The notes under the pieces: model-generated
What the model saw: only the letters and a program-made list of their open reading frames with translations
Database searches by the model: none
Told to the model about the DNA's origin: nothing
Program-made: the position numbers and the translations under genes
Assembly (NCBI GenBank): GCA_000934665.2
Contig: JYFJ02001879.1
Location: forward strand, 47,428 to 67,427
Length of the DNA stretch: 20,000 nt
Direction: 5' to 3'
DNA from: Catajapyx aquilonaris
Taxonomy: Eukaryota
Shown here: positions 1 through 11,723 of the stretch, piece after piece
Layout of the letters: each line of letters starts with the position of its first letter
Numbering within the stretch: position 1 is the first letter of the stretch

Positions 1-1145
1 TGCTTCTCGTTGTAAGTGATCCGGCATGTGCGACTAGCTCATGGCTTCCACGTACCAGCACCTGCAACAGACCCACACAATGAACCACCATACCATCATA
101 TGCATCCTGGTCTCCTCCCATCAGCTCTACGTACATGTCCACTACCTCGTCTGCCTGTCCGTTCGCCGGGAGGATGAGGCGCATGGGTGTGCAGGTACCG
201 CAGAATGATGAAGACATACCGAGTAGTGTCCTGTGCACCATTCTTCTTCAGGATCTGAGTGTTTTGATGGCCTGATGACAGGGGGCTGCACTTGACACTC
301 TACAGCCTGACACCTGCTGGCCATCTGGTCTACCATTGACCCACATGCTGACAAACTTTTGCATATATATGTGTACAGGATATAATATACGATATTAAAT
401 TAAAATGCTAAATTAAAAATGTTAAGAAATTTTGAATTTAAAATGCAAAAATTTTCTTCTCAAAATAAAATGTCTCGTACTTTAAAAGAAAAATGTGAAG
501 TACAGTAGGCCTACAATGCTCAGAAAATGTGAAAAATAAAATATCGGATATTTATATTTAAAAAATACATTAGGAACTATAGCTTGGGAAAATTTTCAAA
601 TGCCAAAAATTGTGACAGTGACATTTAAAGGACTTTATTTCGAAATTTTTAATGTGAACTTTGAATAGGCTTTACTGATGTAGTACTATGTAAAATTGTA
701 ACGTTAATTTGAAAGTTGTTAATATATGTAGGGTTTTAGGCCCTAAATGAAATTTCAGATTCTTTAATAAAAAGACTAAAAATTAACAATTTTTGATACT
801 AAATTTTAACTTAAATCTGAAAGAAAAATTAACGGGAACTTGAAGAAATTTAAAATTTAAGCAAATTTTATAATTCCAAAATATGAAATGTAATTGTAAA
901 ATTCCATATCATACGCATGCAGTATAATCGGGTTTGTCTTTCTCGGAGCTGATGTAGTATCACTATACCCCCTCGCACCACCTGAGAGTGGCAGTAGTGT
1001 GACGCAGAGAGGGAGGATGTGCCATCTATGTGTGGAATATGGCACTACACAGAAAGTCAGATGGGCTGCACTAGAAATATGACAAACAGTGCCTACCGAA
1101 GTCACATGTGACTGTACAATGCAAATGAGATATGGACATCACTTT

Positions 1146-1490
1146 TCACCCATGGCACCTCCGGTGGGCCCGCGTAGTATTGTCCTGTACGTGGTTCCCC
1201 AACTCTTGTTCCACGGGTACGTACTGCCAGGTGAGGGTACCGGTGTCCCTGTTCCACTCCAGATCCAGGTAGTGTCCCTGGAGTGGGTTTTCGTCGAAAA
1301 GATTGACGAACTCCATCCCGCTGTACATCCCTTCCAGGAAGTCCCCGAGCACCACGTCGTCCGTCACCCTCTCCCAGGCGTCCATCCAGAACATACCTCG
1401 GTCCGTCCATACCTCGTATGCCACGTGAGCTATGCGGTACCCCGTCAGAGCATCCTCGTCGAACAGATTTCGCAGCTCAGACCCGTCCAT
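1146..1490 (-). CDS. Hypothetical acidic 114-aa protein (or coding exon) of unknown family
   Basis: GC-rich block in AT-rich surroundings with G/C-biased third codon positions. Protein-like composition (MDGSELRNLFDEDALTGYRIAHVAYEVWTDRGMFW...). A possible acceptor (tgcacag) lies just upstream at 1500-1499. No family recognised. Confidence 0.4.
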   Translation of the reverse strand: MDGSELRNLFDEDALTGYRIAHVAYEVWTDRGMFWMDAWERVTDDVVLGDFLEGMYSGMEFVNLFDENPLQGHYLDLEWNRDTGTLTWQYVPVEQELGNHVQDNTTRAHRRCHG

Positions 1491-1792
1491 ATCATCACCT
1501 GTGCACGATTCATATTGTTATACTCGCAACAATTTATAGTTACTTAATTGGCGAAATGTATTAATTTACTTATTCAATCAATCAATAAGCAATCGCGATA
1601 AATCTTAATTAATTATTATGGCCAGGTGGACTGTAAGGCCTACCTGGTCATCGCTGGTAACCCCATCTTGATGGGAATATGCCGTGAATGTATGTATGTA
1701 TGCATTTATATTTATTATTTATTATTTACTGATATTTATTTATTTAATAATACATACGTATGTATACTACGACGGTATATAATATTATTATT

Positions 1793-1989
1793 TTAATGAG
1801 TCATGAGTGGATAGTTATCCTGCCAGATGTTCTGTCCATTGTCCAATCTCCCCCAACAATCAATAATATGTGCATTGTGTGTATGGGGAGGCCTGTATGA
1901 GTCACAGGGCAACAGGACTGCCAACCCAAACATAATTTTATCATACGGAAACATATCAGCATAAGTTAGCATTTCTGATACGAACATAA
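1793..1989 (-). CDS. Possible small hypothetical ORF (MFVSEMLTYADMFPYDK..., ~64 aa)
   Basis: ATG in an A-rich context, open frame in a moderately GC block bounded by AT-rich DNA. No homology recognised. Confidence 0.2.
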
Positions 1990-2286
1990 TATTTTCCTTC
2001 GTGCTTGTAATATTATTTATTAATAATAATGGTTGCTGCTGTCTAGTGGTAAGCAATACCGTTGCAAGCGGACCTGGGTTTGCTCCTAATACGAGATGAA
2101 TAAAGAGACAACAAGTTGACCTGGCAGGATGACCCCACGACTAACCTGGGTCACTCCCCTTCTTCCTCTTCTTCCAGTCTTGGTCCAGTCCACCCTCCAT
2201 CCTGCCATTCCCAGAGTGTTCCTTCCTGTGGAACTGAGATGAAGCCAGACACCCTGGGAGTGCCTTCTATTTGGGGTATCCAGAGA

Positions 2287-2311
2287 GGGGGGGGGNGGGG
2301 GGGGGGGGGGG
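2287..2311. other. Poly-G tract with ambiguous base (length unreliable)
   Basis: G run containing an n. Confidence 0.85.
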
Positions 2312-2651
2312 TCAGGAAGGACGCCCCCTACATTCTGTCGACCTTTGAACAAGTCAGCTTATATCGGGCTGAAAGACCCAGTCAACACTATCTGGCTTAT
2401 CAGTGTCGGTAAACAGAGTTTCCGGTAATAATTACCACTCGTACAGTCTTTCAAATATTTAAGCCTGCATAATAATATATCACCTGTACTGGCTGTACAT
2501 ATACATGTTATGCAAATAATGACTGAAGAAATTTATTTATTTATATTATATTGTCAAAATGTAGGAGTGTAAATGAAAAAAAACGAACAAATGTTGCCTT
2601 TTATTATAATGGAGATTATAAAGACTAATCATATCCATTTAACAGTTAAGG

Positions 2652-2815
2652 ACAATTATGAATTAACACGAATAATAATTATCATGAACAATTATGAATT
2701 AACACGAATAATAATTATCATGAATAATTATGAATTAACACGAATAATAATTATCATGAGCAATTATTATGAATTAACATGAATAATAATTATCATGAAC
2801 AATTATTATGAATTT
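2652..2815. repeat. AT-rich minisatellite, 36-39 bp unit, ~4.5 copies
   Basis: Unit acaattatgaattaacacgaataataattatcatga starts at 2652, 2688, 2724, 2760 (39 bp variant) and 2799 (partial). Degenerate ttaacacgaa copies continue to ~3070. Confidence 0.9.
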
Positions 2816-2866
2816 ACCGGTATTAATATAACTATTCATTAACACGAAAAATTATTAATTAATTTA

Positions 2867-3003
2867 TTAACACGACTAATAATTATTAGTCATGTTAATT
2901 AATTCGTGTTAACAAATAATTGCTATTCATTTTAATAATTAATAATTATTAGTTAATTATTAGTCATGATTAAAATGAATAACAATTATTTATTAACACG
3001 AAT
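2867..3003. repeat. Inverted repeats derived from the adjacent minisatellite
   Basis: 32-bp palindrome ttaacacgactaataa|ttattagtcatgttaa at 2867-2898 (1 mismatch). Arms at ~2902-2934 and ~2971-3003 are reverse complements with 2 mismatches. Confidence 0.8.
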
Positions 3004-3782
3004 AGCACTTATTAATTAACACGAATAACTATTATTAATTATCATGGATAATAATTATTTATTAACATGAGCATAATTGGTAGTAATTAATAACTTGAGT
3101 TGTTATTTTGTTGTTGTTGTTTTTCCTTTAAAACAGGTGCATTCTATGGTGAGGAAGTTGAGGCGCTGAGGCGTCAGCAGATAGTTCGACCTTGTCATTG
3201 TTGTGAGTGGTGACAAAATCACTTTTCTTCCCAAGACCCTCGTGATACTTGCTGAAGACACCAGGGAAAAATAAATAGTCTACTGGAAGAAACTGCTGCT
3301 AATTAATGAATATCACGCGACAATTTAATAATTGTAACCTCGAAGTGCATATTAAGATGCGTTTATCACGAAAGCACGTACAGTACGTGTTATCCCTGTA
3401 ATTGGATCCAAAAACTGATTAAAAACGCACTCTTTCCACGTGAAAAATACGCTTAAAAAGTTCCAAAAATTACATATTTCACGTGTAATTATAATTACAC
3501 GTTTGCAACTTAAAATCGGTAGGGTTATTTCTACATCTCATGTCTGGAGTCCGTTATCAGTGTTGGAAACAGCAGGTTCTCTCCGTATTCGCGCGGGTTT
3601 TCTCTGGCCTTTTCCGCTTTAAAAATCACAATAAAATAATGTACTTTTGCCTGCTAGGAAAAAAAATGAAGAAACTTGCATTCTTATCAAAAAAACGACG
3701 ATATAGTTAAAGGATAATATATTCCAAGGCAATGCAATAATTATGTGTGTACACACATGGCCTTCACGTGTGTGCTATCACA

Positions 3783-3875
3783 TCTTCCCGGGGATTTTAC
3801 CCAGAACTTTTCTCATTTAAATGTACTGCAGTACATTTAAATGCAAAAAAGTTCTGGGTAAAATCCCTGGGAAGA
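3783..3875. repeat. Near-perfect 93-bp palindrome (loopless hairpin)
   Basis: tcttcccggggattttacccagaacttttctcatttaaatgtactg|cagtacatttaaatgcaaaaaagttctgggtaaaatccctgggaaga, centred on CTGCAG, with about 2 mismatches and 1 indel. Confidence 0.92.
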
Positions 3876-5610
3876 ACGACACAGGAAGCAAATATTGACA
3901 ACCTTCAATAAAAAATAGTAAAGTGAATTTATAGAAAGGACAGATAATCACAATATAGATGTAGTTGAAGGTTAGTATTTTACGATAGTTTGTAATATAT
4001 GAGTTAGGAAATTGCTGACAGGTATTGTGTAGTGCTTCTGGATTCCAATCACGTGCAAGACTCTACAAGCATTTAATGAGAAAAGGGGCTGTCTAATTAA
4101 CACGTCTGAAAAAATTCCTCTCAACACGCGTATCTAGAGTCAAATTGTACAGTGTTCATGTGTTGTTATTCAATTTATCAGGCCGGTAATCCCTTATTAG
4201 TGCTGTAAAACAATTAAACCACTGGGATCATTATAAAACTCGTGGGAATGGAGAGTGAAAGGATTCTAACCCTTAAGAAGCGGGATAATAATACCACAGT
4301 ACATTAATTAAAATTCGCGTAATTAAATACACGCCGGAAACAGTTCGTTTTTGTAGCAGTAGGAAGATTAAATCATAGTGCACAGTTAAATCATTCTATT
4401 CGGGCACAATACCAAACAACCATTGCTATCATTAAATAAAATAATAATATTGTAAGCTGGCCACTTCATAAATACATCTGACGAGTGACGAGTAAATTAT
4501 GACTGTCAAGACGTTTCATTAATTACCATATAAAAACAGCGTGTCCTACTTTCCAATAGTAATAAGAATGACAACGTGCCTGACAAAAAAAGGACACACT
4601 CTCACAATTTTTTTTGCCTCTCCTTGAGGCCATATAAGTGTCCTTCCTTTTGGACAACAATGTTTCTAATTTCATCAAAAGCCCTTAATATTTTACTGCA
4701 CAAAACTCACTTCATTTTGACTGTTCTTTTATAACTTTCTGGTCAATTATTGGAGCTGTAATTTTTAAGCTCATGTTGACATAATGTCCTTCACAGAAAT
4801 GTGTAGAAAAAGTTAATATCGCATATTTTTAGAATATCTGCATAAGGTACAGGATATCAAAATGAGTAATAATCAAATTGTGCAATAATTTCCACGGCTC
4901 ATTGTAATGTAAGTAGATTTCACAACCGGCCTAACAATCGCCAAAAAAAAATTTAGGCACTTCACAATTGCTGCTATCAAAAAATCAACCTTCGACACCT
5001 AATTGCCCTTCATTATCCAAATTATTCACAAAGGTCCCCACAGTGGTCCCAAAGAAAGTGGAAGAACTGGTATGGAGATTTTGATTTCTAGTTTGATATT
5101 CGTGTGGAATAAGGGACAATAAGGAGGCTGTATTTCTTCAGTGTGAAGTGGGCTACTTGCAATACACAACAGTCCTGACCTACCCCACTGCAAAAGATGT
5201 TGGACAAGGTGGTTGCATAAGATACAGCGCCAAGGATCCTGGGAGCTCATTTGCTGGGAGCATGTCACACCTGACATATACGCTTCAGTCACTAGAGAGG
5301 AAGCTTGGAACCATGGCTTGGAACTGAGTCACTGACAACAATATACAGTTGACAAGTGTCAGCGAATAGATTATCACATCGATAGCATCTAGACAAGATG
5401 GATACCACAGAAGTTAAACAAGTGAGTACACCTCTAAATTATTAATTACTTATTGCACATTATTGCCAGAGAAATTATCCATGAATGAGCATTAACACAA
5501 CAATATGGTTAAAATTATCAATTATTATTGGAATATTATCGAAATTATTCGAATTATTTATGTTCATTTATTAATAATAATAATTAACTACTGTCACTTA
5601 ATTCTATTAT

Positions 5611-5731
5611 CAATTATTATCAATTAATTATTATTGTCAATACAATCAATTATTATCAATTAATTATTATTGTCAATACAATCAATTATTATCAATTGAT
5701 TGTTATTGTCAATACAATCGATTATTATCAA
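5611..5731. repeat. AT-rich minisatellite, 36 bp unit, ~3.3 copies
   Basis: Unit caattattatcaattaattattattgtcaatacaat at 5611, 5647 and 5683. Confidence 0.85.
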
Positions 5732-5782
5732 TATTATCAAATGTTATTTTAAAACTACTACTTTTGAAACAACATCAATAAT

Positions 5783-5805
5783 GGGGGGGGGGGGGGGGGG
5801 GNGGG
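5783..5805. other. Poly-G tract with ambiguous base (length unreliable)
   Basis: G run containing an n. Confidence 0.85.
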
Positions 5806-6340
5806 CTACTGTTCATAAAATCCGGTCCTGTGCTCCGAGACAAAAGAGGCCTAAGATGTGGTGCTTATACATTAGCCTACTACATACTAGACCAGTTTCG
5901 AGAGAGACAATGCGGTATGGTATGTTCCTAAAAGCATTATTTTATATCTCACCCTATTCCGCCACCATCTCCATTTGCACATCCGAAGATCATTATCATA
6001 TTATTATATTGTCTCAATAAACTGGTCCGTGAGCTGCTCTTACCTTCACCTATAATTTCTTTTTTATCCAAAACCTGCTCCCTTTTGCTTCAACAACCCT
6101 TCACAAAGATAGGCTTAGAGTATAATTAGGACTGAACCACCATTTTAAGACCAAGCTCAAGGTCTATTCGCCGCATTTGGCGACTTCACGTTGAACATGC
6201 CACACCGTGCGAAAATGCTCAGCCAATAATAGTGCACATAGATTATGCCACTGTTATAAGGCAATAGGTCAAACAGCATCATTATCATTAATAATATTGT
6301 TGCGAGCAAATTAGTGAAGGCAGAAAATCTTGTAGCAAAA

Positions 6341-9247
6341 ATGGATTCAACAACAGTGAATGTGAGTATGGAAAAATGAAACTGATATTATGTCACTGAC
6401 ATAATTCTGGTTATGTCCTCATGCAGCATGAAAATGGCATAAGAAGTGCATCAAGTTTGATAAAAACATACGAATCTGAATTCCGTCTGAATCAGCTGCA
6501 ACAGTTGCTAGCATTGTACGAAGAGAATCGGTCCAATCTGATTCAATGCCTCCAGAGAGATTACAATACCGTAAGTACCCTGTGTTTGTTCCGAAAAAGT
6601 GTCAACCTACAATCGGCATCCCCTCCCCCTTCCAGACGTTTGATATCCAAGATGTGACCAGCCTGATCCAAGAGGTGAGAGCAACAATCGAGAAGATCCA
6701 AGAATGGACCGGCACCAAGAGGATGTCAGGATTGCTCTCGATGAATGTGGTCACTCTCAAGAAGGAATCTGTGGGCTCTGTCCTCATAGTGTCTGACCCT
6801 CACTATCCCCTGCACCTAAGCCTGCTGGCATTTCCTGCTGCCATATGCGCCGGAAATGTGGTGGTCATCAAAGCTCCAGATGGAACACCACTTTTCACCA
6901 GAGCCATCACCCAGCTGTTGCCCAAATATTTGGACCCGGTAAAGAAATTTGATATATGCCAAAAGATCAGGCCCGAAAAAGCAAATAAACAAATCGTAGA
7001 GCCAATAGAAATCCATTGTTCAATATTTGGCATTTTCAGCTACGAATAAATAATTAAACTATTGATAGTAATTAAAATAATTATTTAATTAAAATAATGC
7101 AAGTAATTAATTATATTATAATGGCGCAATTAAAATAATTATTTAATTAAAATTATAAAAGTAATTAATTATAATATAATGACGCAATTAAAATAATTAT
7201 TTTATTACAGTGATAAAAGTAATTAATTATAATATAATGGCGCAGTTAAAATAATTATTTAATTAAAATTATAAAAGTAATTAATTATAATATAATGACG
7301 TAGTTAAATAATTATATAATAATAGTTATATAATGATTAAACTAATTATTATATTATGACATATTTAAAATAATCCAATTATTATATTATGACATATTTA
7401 AAATAATCCAATTATTATATTATAACATAATTAAGATGTTAATATAATAATACTTAATCGTTTTATTAGAATTAAAAATATTGTATGATAAACTGCAATT
7501 ACATGATAATTAGAATGATATAATATAGCCATCATAATAAAACTAATATTAAAATAATTATACCGTACCCTAGATAATAGTAATTAGACTATTAATAAGT
7601 AATAAAAATAATCTTGATATAAACAAACAAACAAATAAAAATTGATATTCTTCTCTCTTGATTGGTGAAGTTCATTTAAGACCTAAAGATTCATAAAGAG
7701 CCAGAAAGTCAGAAATTTCTGCCTTCACTAGCACGTTAGCACGTGAAAGGATTAATTTGTGGATTTCTCTGTTGTATGACGACAAAATTGTGATGATAGG
7801 GCCTACGGTATATTATTTATTAGTTAATGATCGATTAATTATTATTTACCACCTCATATCATTCCCTTCGAACTATGCCCCTATTTTGATTACACAGGAA
7901 ATCTACCGGGTCATTCCTGGCGATTCGGATGTGGACACAGTGTTGGGAGGTCATTTCGATCGCATCGTGGTGATGGGCAAAGCAGGGATCATACGCAAGG
8001 TGTACGCGGCTGCTCAAAAGGAACTGACCCCAGTCACTGCGGTCACCAACGGGAAAAAGTAAGCCACATTTTGTCCAAACTATTCTCATTTATTACCTTC
8101 ATTATTTTCAGCCCAGTTTATATTGACGACTCTATTGATATCGAAGTAGCAGCCATCCACATAATTGAAGCAAAACTATCAAGTTTTAGCAGACCATGCG
8201 TAGGTCCTGACTACATTCTGTGCAACCAAGTAGTACAAGAGCATCTCATATCCACGGTGGTCAAGATGTCAGGTCAAATTGCCAACAAGTTCTGGCCAAT
8301 TAGCAGCAAGGAAAATTTCGAGTAAGTTTTTTATCGAATTGACATAACATTCTGATTACCAATATTGTTGTTTACATAGCCGATTGAAGTATCTGCTGCA
8401 AACTACAAAAGGACGCATTTTGTTAGGCGGACACATCGACGAGCAAGGACAACGTATATCTCTCACCATTGTTGCGGACGTAGCCAAAGACGACCCACTT
8501 TTTCAGGAAGAGTTTTTGGGCCCCATTCTTCCAATTGTTGAAGTGAAGACAGTGTACGACGTCATATCACTTACTCGTAGAACTCGGTAAGTAATTATCA
8601 CCTTATTATCTCACTGAAGTTCTAGTGTACCGCTGGGCCGTTACTCCCCCCTACCGTTATCGCGAGCACTAGCGACATTGCGCTATTGGTGGTTAAGACA
8701 TGAACCTCGAAGTTGTGAACTGTCGCAATTTTTTTTAACATTTCAGAGATCGTGCAAATTCCGGCAAGTGGACAGATTACAAGATGGCTGCAAATGTATT
8801 GTACGCCTTTACAACCAGGAGGATCGCCCAAGTGCGTCTGATGCAAGGGACATTGGCAGCCAACATTGTATTCAACAGCACCAATATTCAAAGTAAGTAC
8901 CCAACATATGAAGGGTGTGGTAGAAAAACGTGACAACACACATTTTTATGTCGCTGTTACTGTGGGAATTACACTGATAGATGTTATTTCCAGACGATGT
9001 CAGCAACTACTTTCTGTGTGGAGAAAGTGCTTACAAGTTATTCACCAAAACCAAGGTGGCGAATAGGCTGCCCTTGAAGCATGTGTCTGAACCTTCTGAC
9101 AAATCATCTGTTCATGAAGAGTCTTGTACCAACAGTAATTATTTTGGGACCAAGCAAGTTCTGGACAGCACCATCCCTCATAGGTTAAAGATAATAGCAG
9201 TTTCTATATTCGCTTTGTTCATAGCTCATTTCTTAGGATGGCAGTAG
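6341..9247 (+). CDS. ALDH3: Divergent ALDH3-family (fatty aldehyde dehydrogenase-like) protein, paralogue 1, 8 exons, ~481 aa, C-terminal TM anchor
   Basis: Hand-spliced exons 6341-6361, 6427-6570, 6636-6938, 7898-8058, 8112-8321, 8380-8586, 8747-8892, 8994-9247. All introns are GT-AG and the total is 1446 nt, in frame. ALDH3-like motifs: FRLNQLQQL, GSVLIVSDPHYP, AAICAGNVVVIK, LLPKYLDP, LTPVTAVTNGKNPVYID, RPCVGPDYILC, DDPLFQEEFLGPILPI. Hydrophobic tail IIAVSIFALFIAHFLGWQ. Confidence 0.9.
7070..7430. repeat. Intronic AT-rich minisatellites (58 bp x ~4, then ~33 bp x 2-3) in intron 3 of paralogue 1
   Basis: Unit aattaaaataattatttaattaaaattataaaagtaattaattataatataatgRcgc at ~7070, 7128, 7186 and 7244, followed by attatattatgacatatttaaaataatcca repeats. 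Confidence 0.85.
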
Positions 9248-9410
9248 AGGTCGCTTGACTAACAGAAAAATTGAGCAACTTATATATCAACTACTAGATA
9301 GTAATCTCCAGAGCCGAATATTGAACATTATATCATTTTTAAGTGAAATATTTTACTGCATTTTTGTATCGAATAGTTGTATTAAATTAGTGTTACAACC
9401 ATTTTTTTTC

Positions 9411-9416
9411 AATAAA
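9411..9416 (+). promoter_or_regulatory. Candidate polyadenylation signal of paralogue 1
   Basis: First AATAAA downstream of the stop at 9247 (~165 nt). Confidence 0.35.
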
Positions 9417-10919
9417 GAGGCAAATGGTTGTACTATTAATTCGCTAAATAATTGGCGTTAAGTGGGGAAATTCTGTTAAGTGGTATTAGTTGACGCTATT
9501 ACAGCATAGAAGTACACAAGGAAAAAAATAGTAGGAAATGTTCACTGTCAGTTCTGGCAGAGTCATAACAAATCCAGTTCTTAAACTTCGTTGTTACGGT
9601 TTTTTTCTGTCATTAAACTTTCTCCTTGAATATTTGTGACCTCAAGGCAAACTGAATTGACCTTCTGGAAGCAACCAGCAATCTGGTTTTCATAGGTATT
9701 GAATAAGAAGAAAAAAAAGAGAGCACTTTTTGAGCATCATACCGTGCGCAGGCAATGTTTTTGCAATATGACGGTCACGTAGTTTTACACATTACGTAAC
9801 ATTAAGCAAGCATTGTAAATCAAAACAACATTTCCAGGATATCTTCTAAATTTAAATAACAATTAAAATAAACCCACAAATGCGCAATAGGTATAAAATC
9901 CCCGAGAAAAACTACGCACTGTTGAAGGCCAATGGTAATTGCTCAAAATAAAATAACCGTGAAACAGACGTCATGTCAACTAATTAGCACTGAAAACTAT
10001 AAAGATGTCATCAATTAGCAACCTGGCTGTAAATTTTTGACATTTACACTTGCTTGTGGCTTCGTATTTAAAAAAAATAAACAATCATTGCTTCCCATAA
10101 GTATGTGAAATTGGCCGATTGTCCTAAAAAATATTCAGGTACCGGTATGTGATATCAGGAGCAAAATATTCCAAATATTTCAGGGCGGAAATCCGTTTGT
10201 TGCAATCAAAAAATTTCCCTTTCGTTCAAATGTTGTTAATAACAACACCGTGACTAACATATTAAAATTTTGATTTACTTTCAAGCCTCTTTCGCAAGAT
10301 TGGCTTTTCTCTCAACGCTATAGTGCAATAAACGTCCTTCAATATTTAAAGAGAGACTATTTATATTCACTATTTCCTTCATAAAACACTGCGTAGTGCA
10401 CTCATTAAATCATCTAGTATTTTCCAGACAGATTTGATGCCGGTTTTTTCTGGTTCAAGTAATATGCATCATAAACATAGGGTTGCATTTCCCCTTTTTT
10501 TCGCAGTCAGCTCACAAGATGACTGACCTACAATTTTTAAAGATGACAAAAAAAAGTTGGAATTTGTCTAGGGAAACCCCCTATTTCAAGGACGCTGAAC
10601 CTCACGTGTACAAAGGTGCACGCAATCACTTTTCTAGTTGTAAATGATTCTGTCACGAGTACACAGTAAAGATTGATGTATTAACTCTTAACACACTGAA
10701 ACTCGCCCATTAAAAACGTAAAATGCATTTTTTTAAAAAAAAATCGTTGTGCATTATTTCTTATGAGGTAAAGTTTTTTTTACAAATTTCTCCGAAAGTT
10801 TCTCTCAGAAAATGTCAAGTGCTTACCAAATAATTCAGAATTAATTGGATGCATCATTTCTGTAACAAAGGTACAGCATATGTCAACAATGCAATCTTCA
10901 AGTGTACACTCTTAACCAT

Positions 10920-11067
10920 TTACCTTCTCTAGAGAGGGTAAGAAAGTGGCCATTTTTTACCTTACATTGTAGGGTAAATATTCTTGGGTAAATTGATTCT
11001 AAGGTAAATTTTGCATGTATTACCTTAGAAAATAGAGGGTAAAAAGGGCCTCTTTTTTACCCTCTAT
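10920..11067. repeat. Cassette of four adjacent inverted repeats built from TTACCYT/ARGGTAA
   Basis: Hairpins at 10920-10941, 10956-10978, 10997-11030 and 11032-11067. Confidence 0.8.
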
Positions 11068-11723
11068 ACCCCCCAATATATTAAACACTTCAAAATGCGC
11101 ACCAAACCTGAAAAAAATAATTACTGGAAACTATTCGGTTCAAACTACTGTAGTTTAGAATGAGCCAGTTTTCAGCAGATATGTCCACATAATGCAAACG
11201 ATGCAGCATAGTTTAATAATTCATCACAAAATATTAGTTAGTGAAGAGAGTCATTGTCAATGTTCCGCACGGGTACCTTTATATACCTTCTTGAATAAGG
11301 AGGTCACAGTGAATTATGGTATACATCTGCTACTGGCAGTACAAAAACTCACTTGCCCAGATATTGCACAACCAGATCTCTCTTGGTGTATTGTTGGCAG
11401 AAGGTCGACCTTGTATTATTACAAAAAAATAAATAACACTCGATTACATCATTAATCCACAAGATTACTCGATAGTAAAAAAAGTTACAGAATCAAACGG
11501 TACATTTTATTATCCGTATAAGTTGTACAGTAAACAAAACTACGCACAATTTTGATTTTGTAAATGACAACACATGCCTTACGCACGGTCAATTAGCATA
11601 TGTAATGCAAACTATTCTTCAGCTTTTGTCAAATTTGTTACGGTTTTTGTCTCCGGTTGGTGAACTGCCTCACCTTGAAGTAGGCTACACTGACCTTGTG
11701 GAATATAACGAACCACACACGAG

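Noticed and set aside
1089..1547. 152-aa + strand ORF and 102-aa alternative minus frame
   Set aside because: Probably shadow frames of the GC-rich minus-strand ORF 1490-1146, with atypical His/Val/Pro- or Arg/Gly-rich composition.
2573..2782. ORF with repeated NNYELTRIIIIM
   Set aside because: Translation of a 36-bp AT-rich minisatellite.
2652..2815. CRISPR-like array (36-bp repeats; also 5611-5731)
   Set aside because: Repeats are head-to-tail with no unique spacers, there are no cas genes, and the context is eukaryotic.
5026..5420. Moderately GC-rich block with short ORFs on both strands
   Set aside because: No recognisable motif or convincing gene structure. It may be a decayed repeat or exon but cannot be supported.
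5700..6020. 106-aa ORF with poly-Gly, and poly-G tracts as functional G-quadruplexes
   Set aside because: Spans a minisatellite and a homopolymer containing an ambiguous base, so tract length and frame are unreliable.
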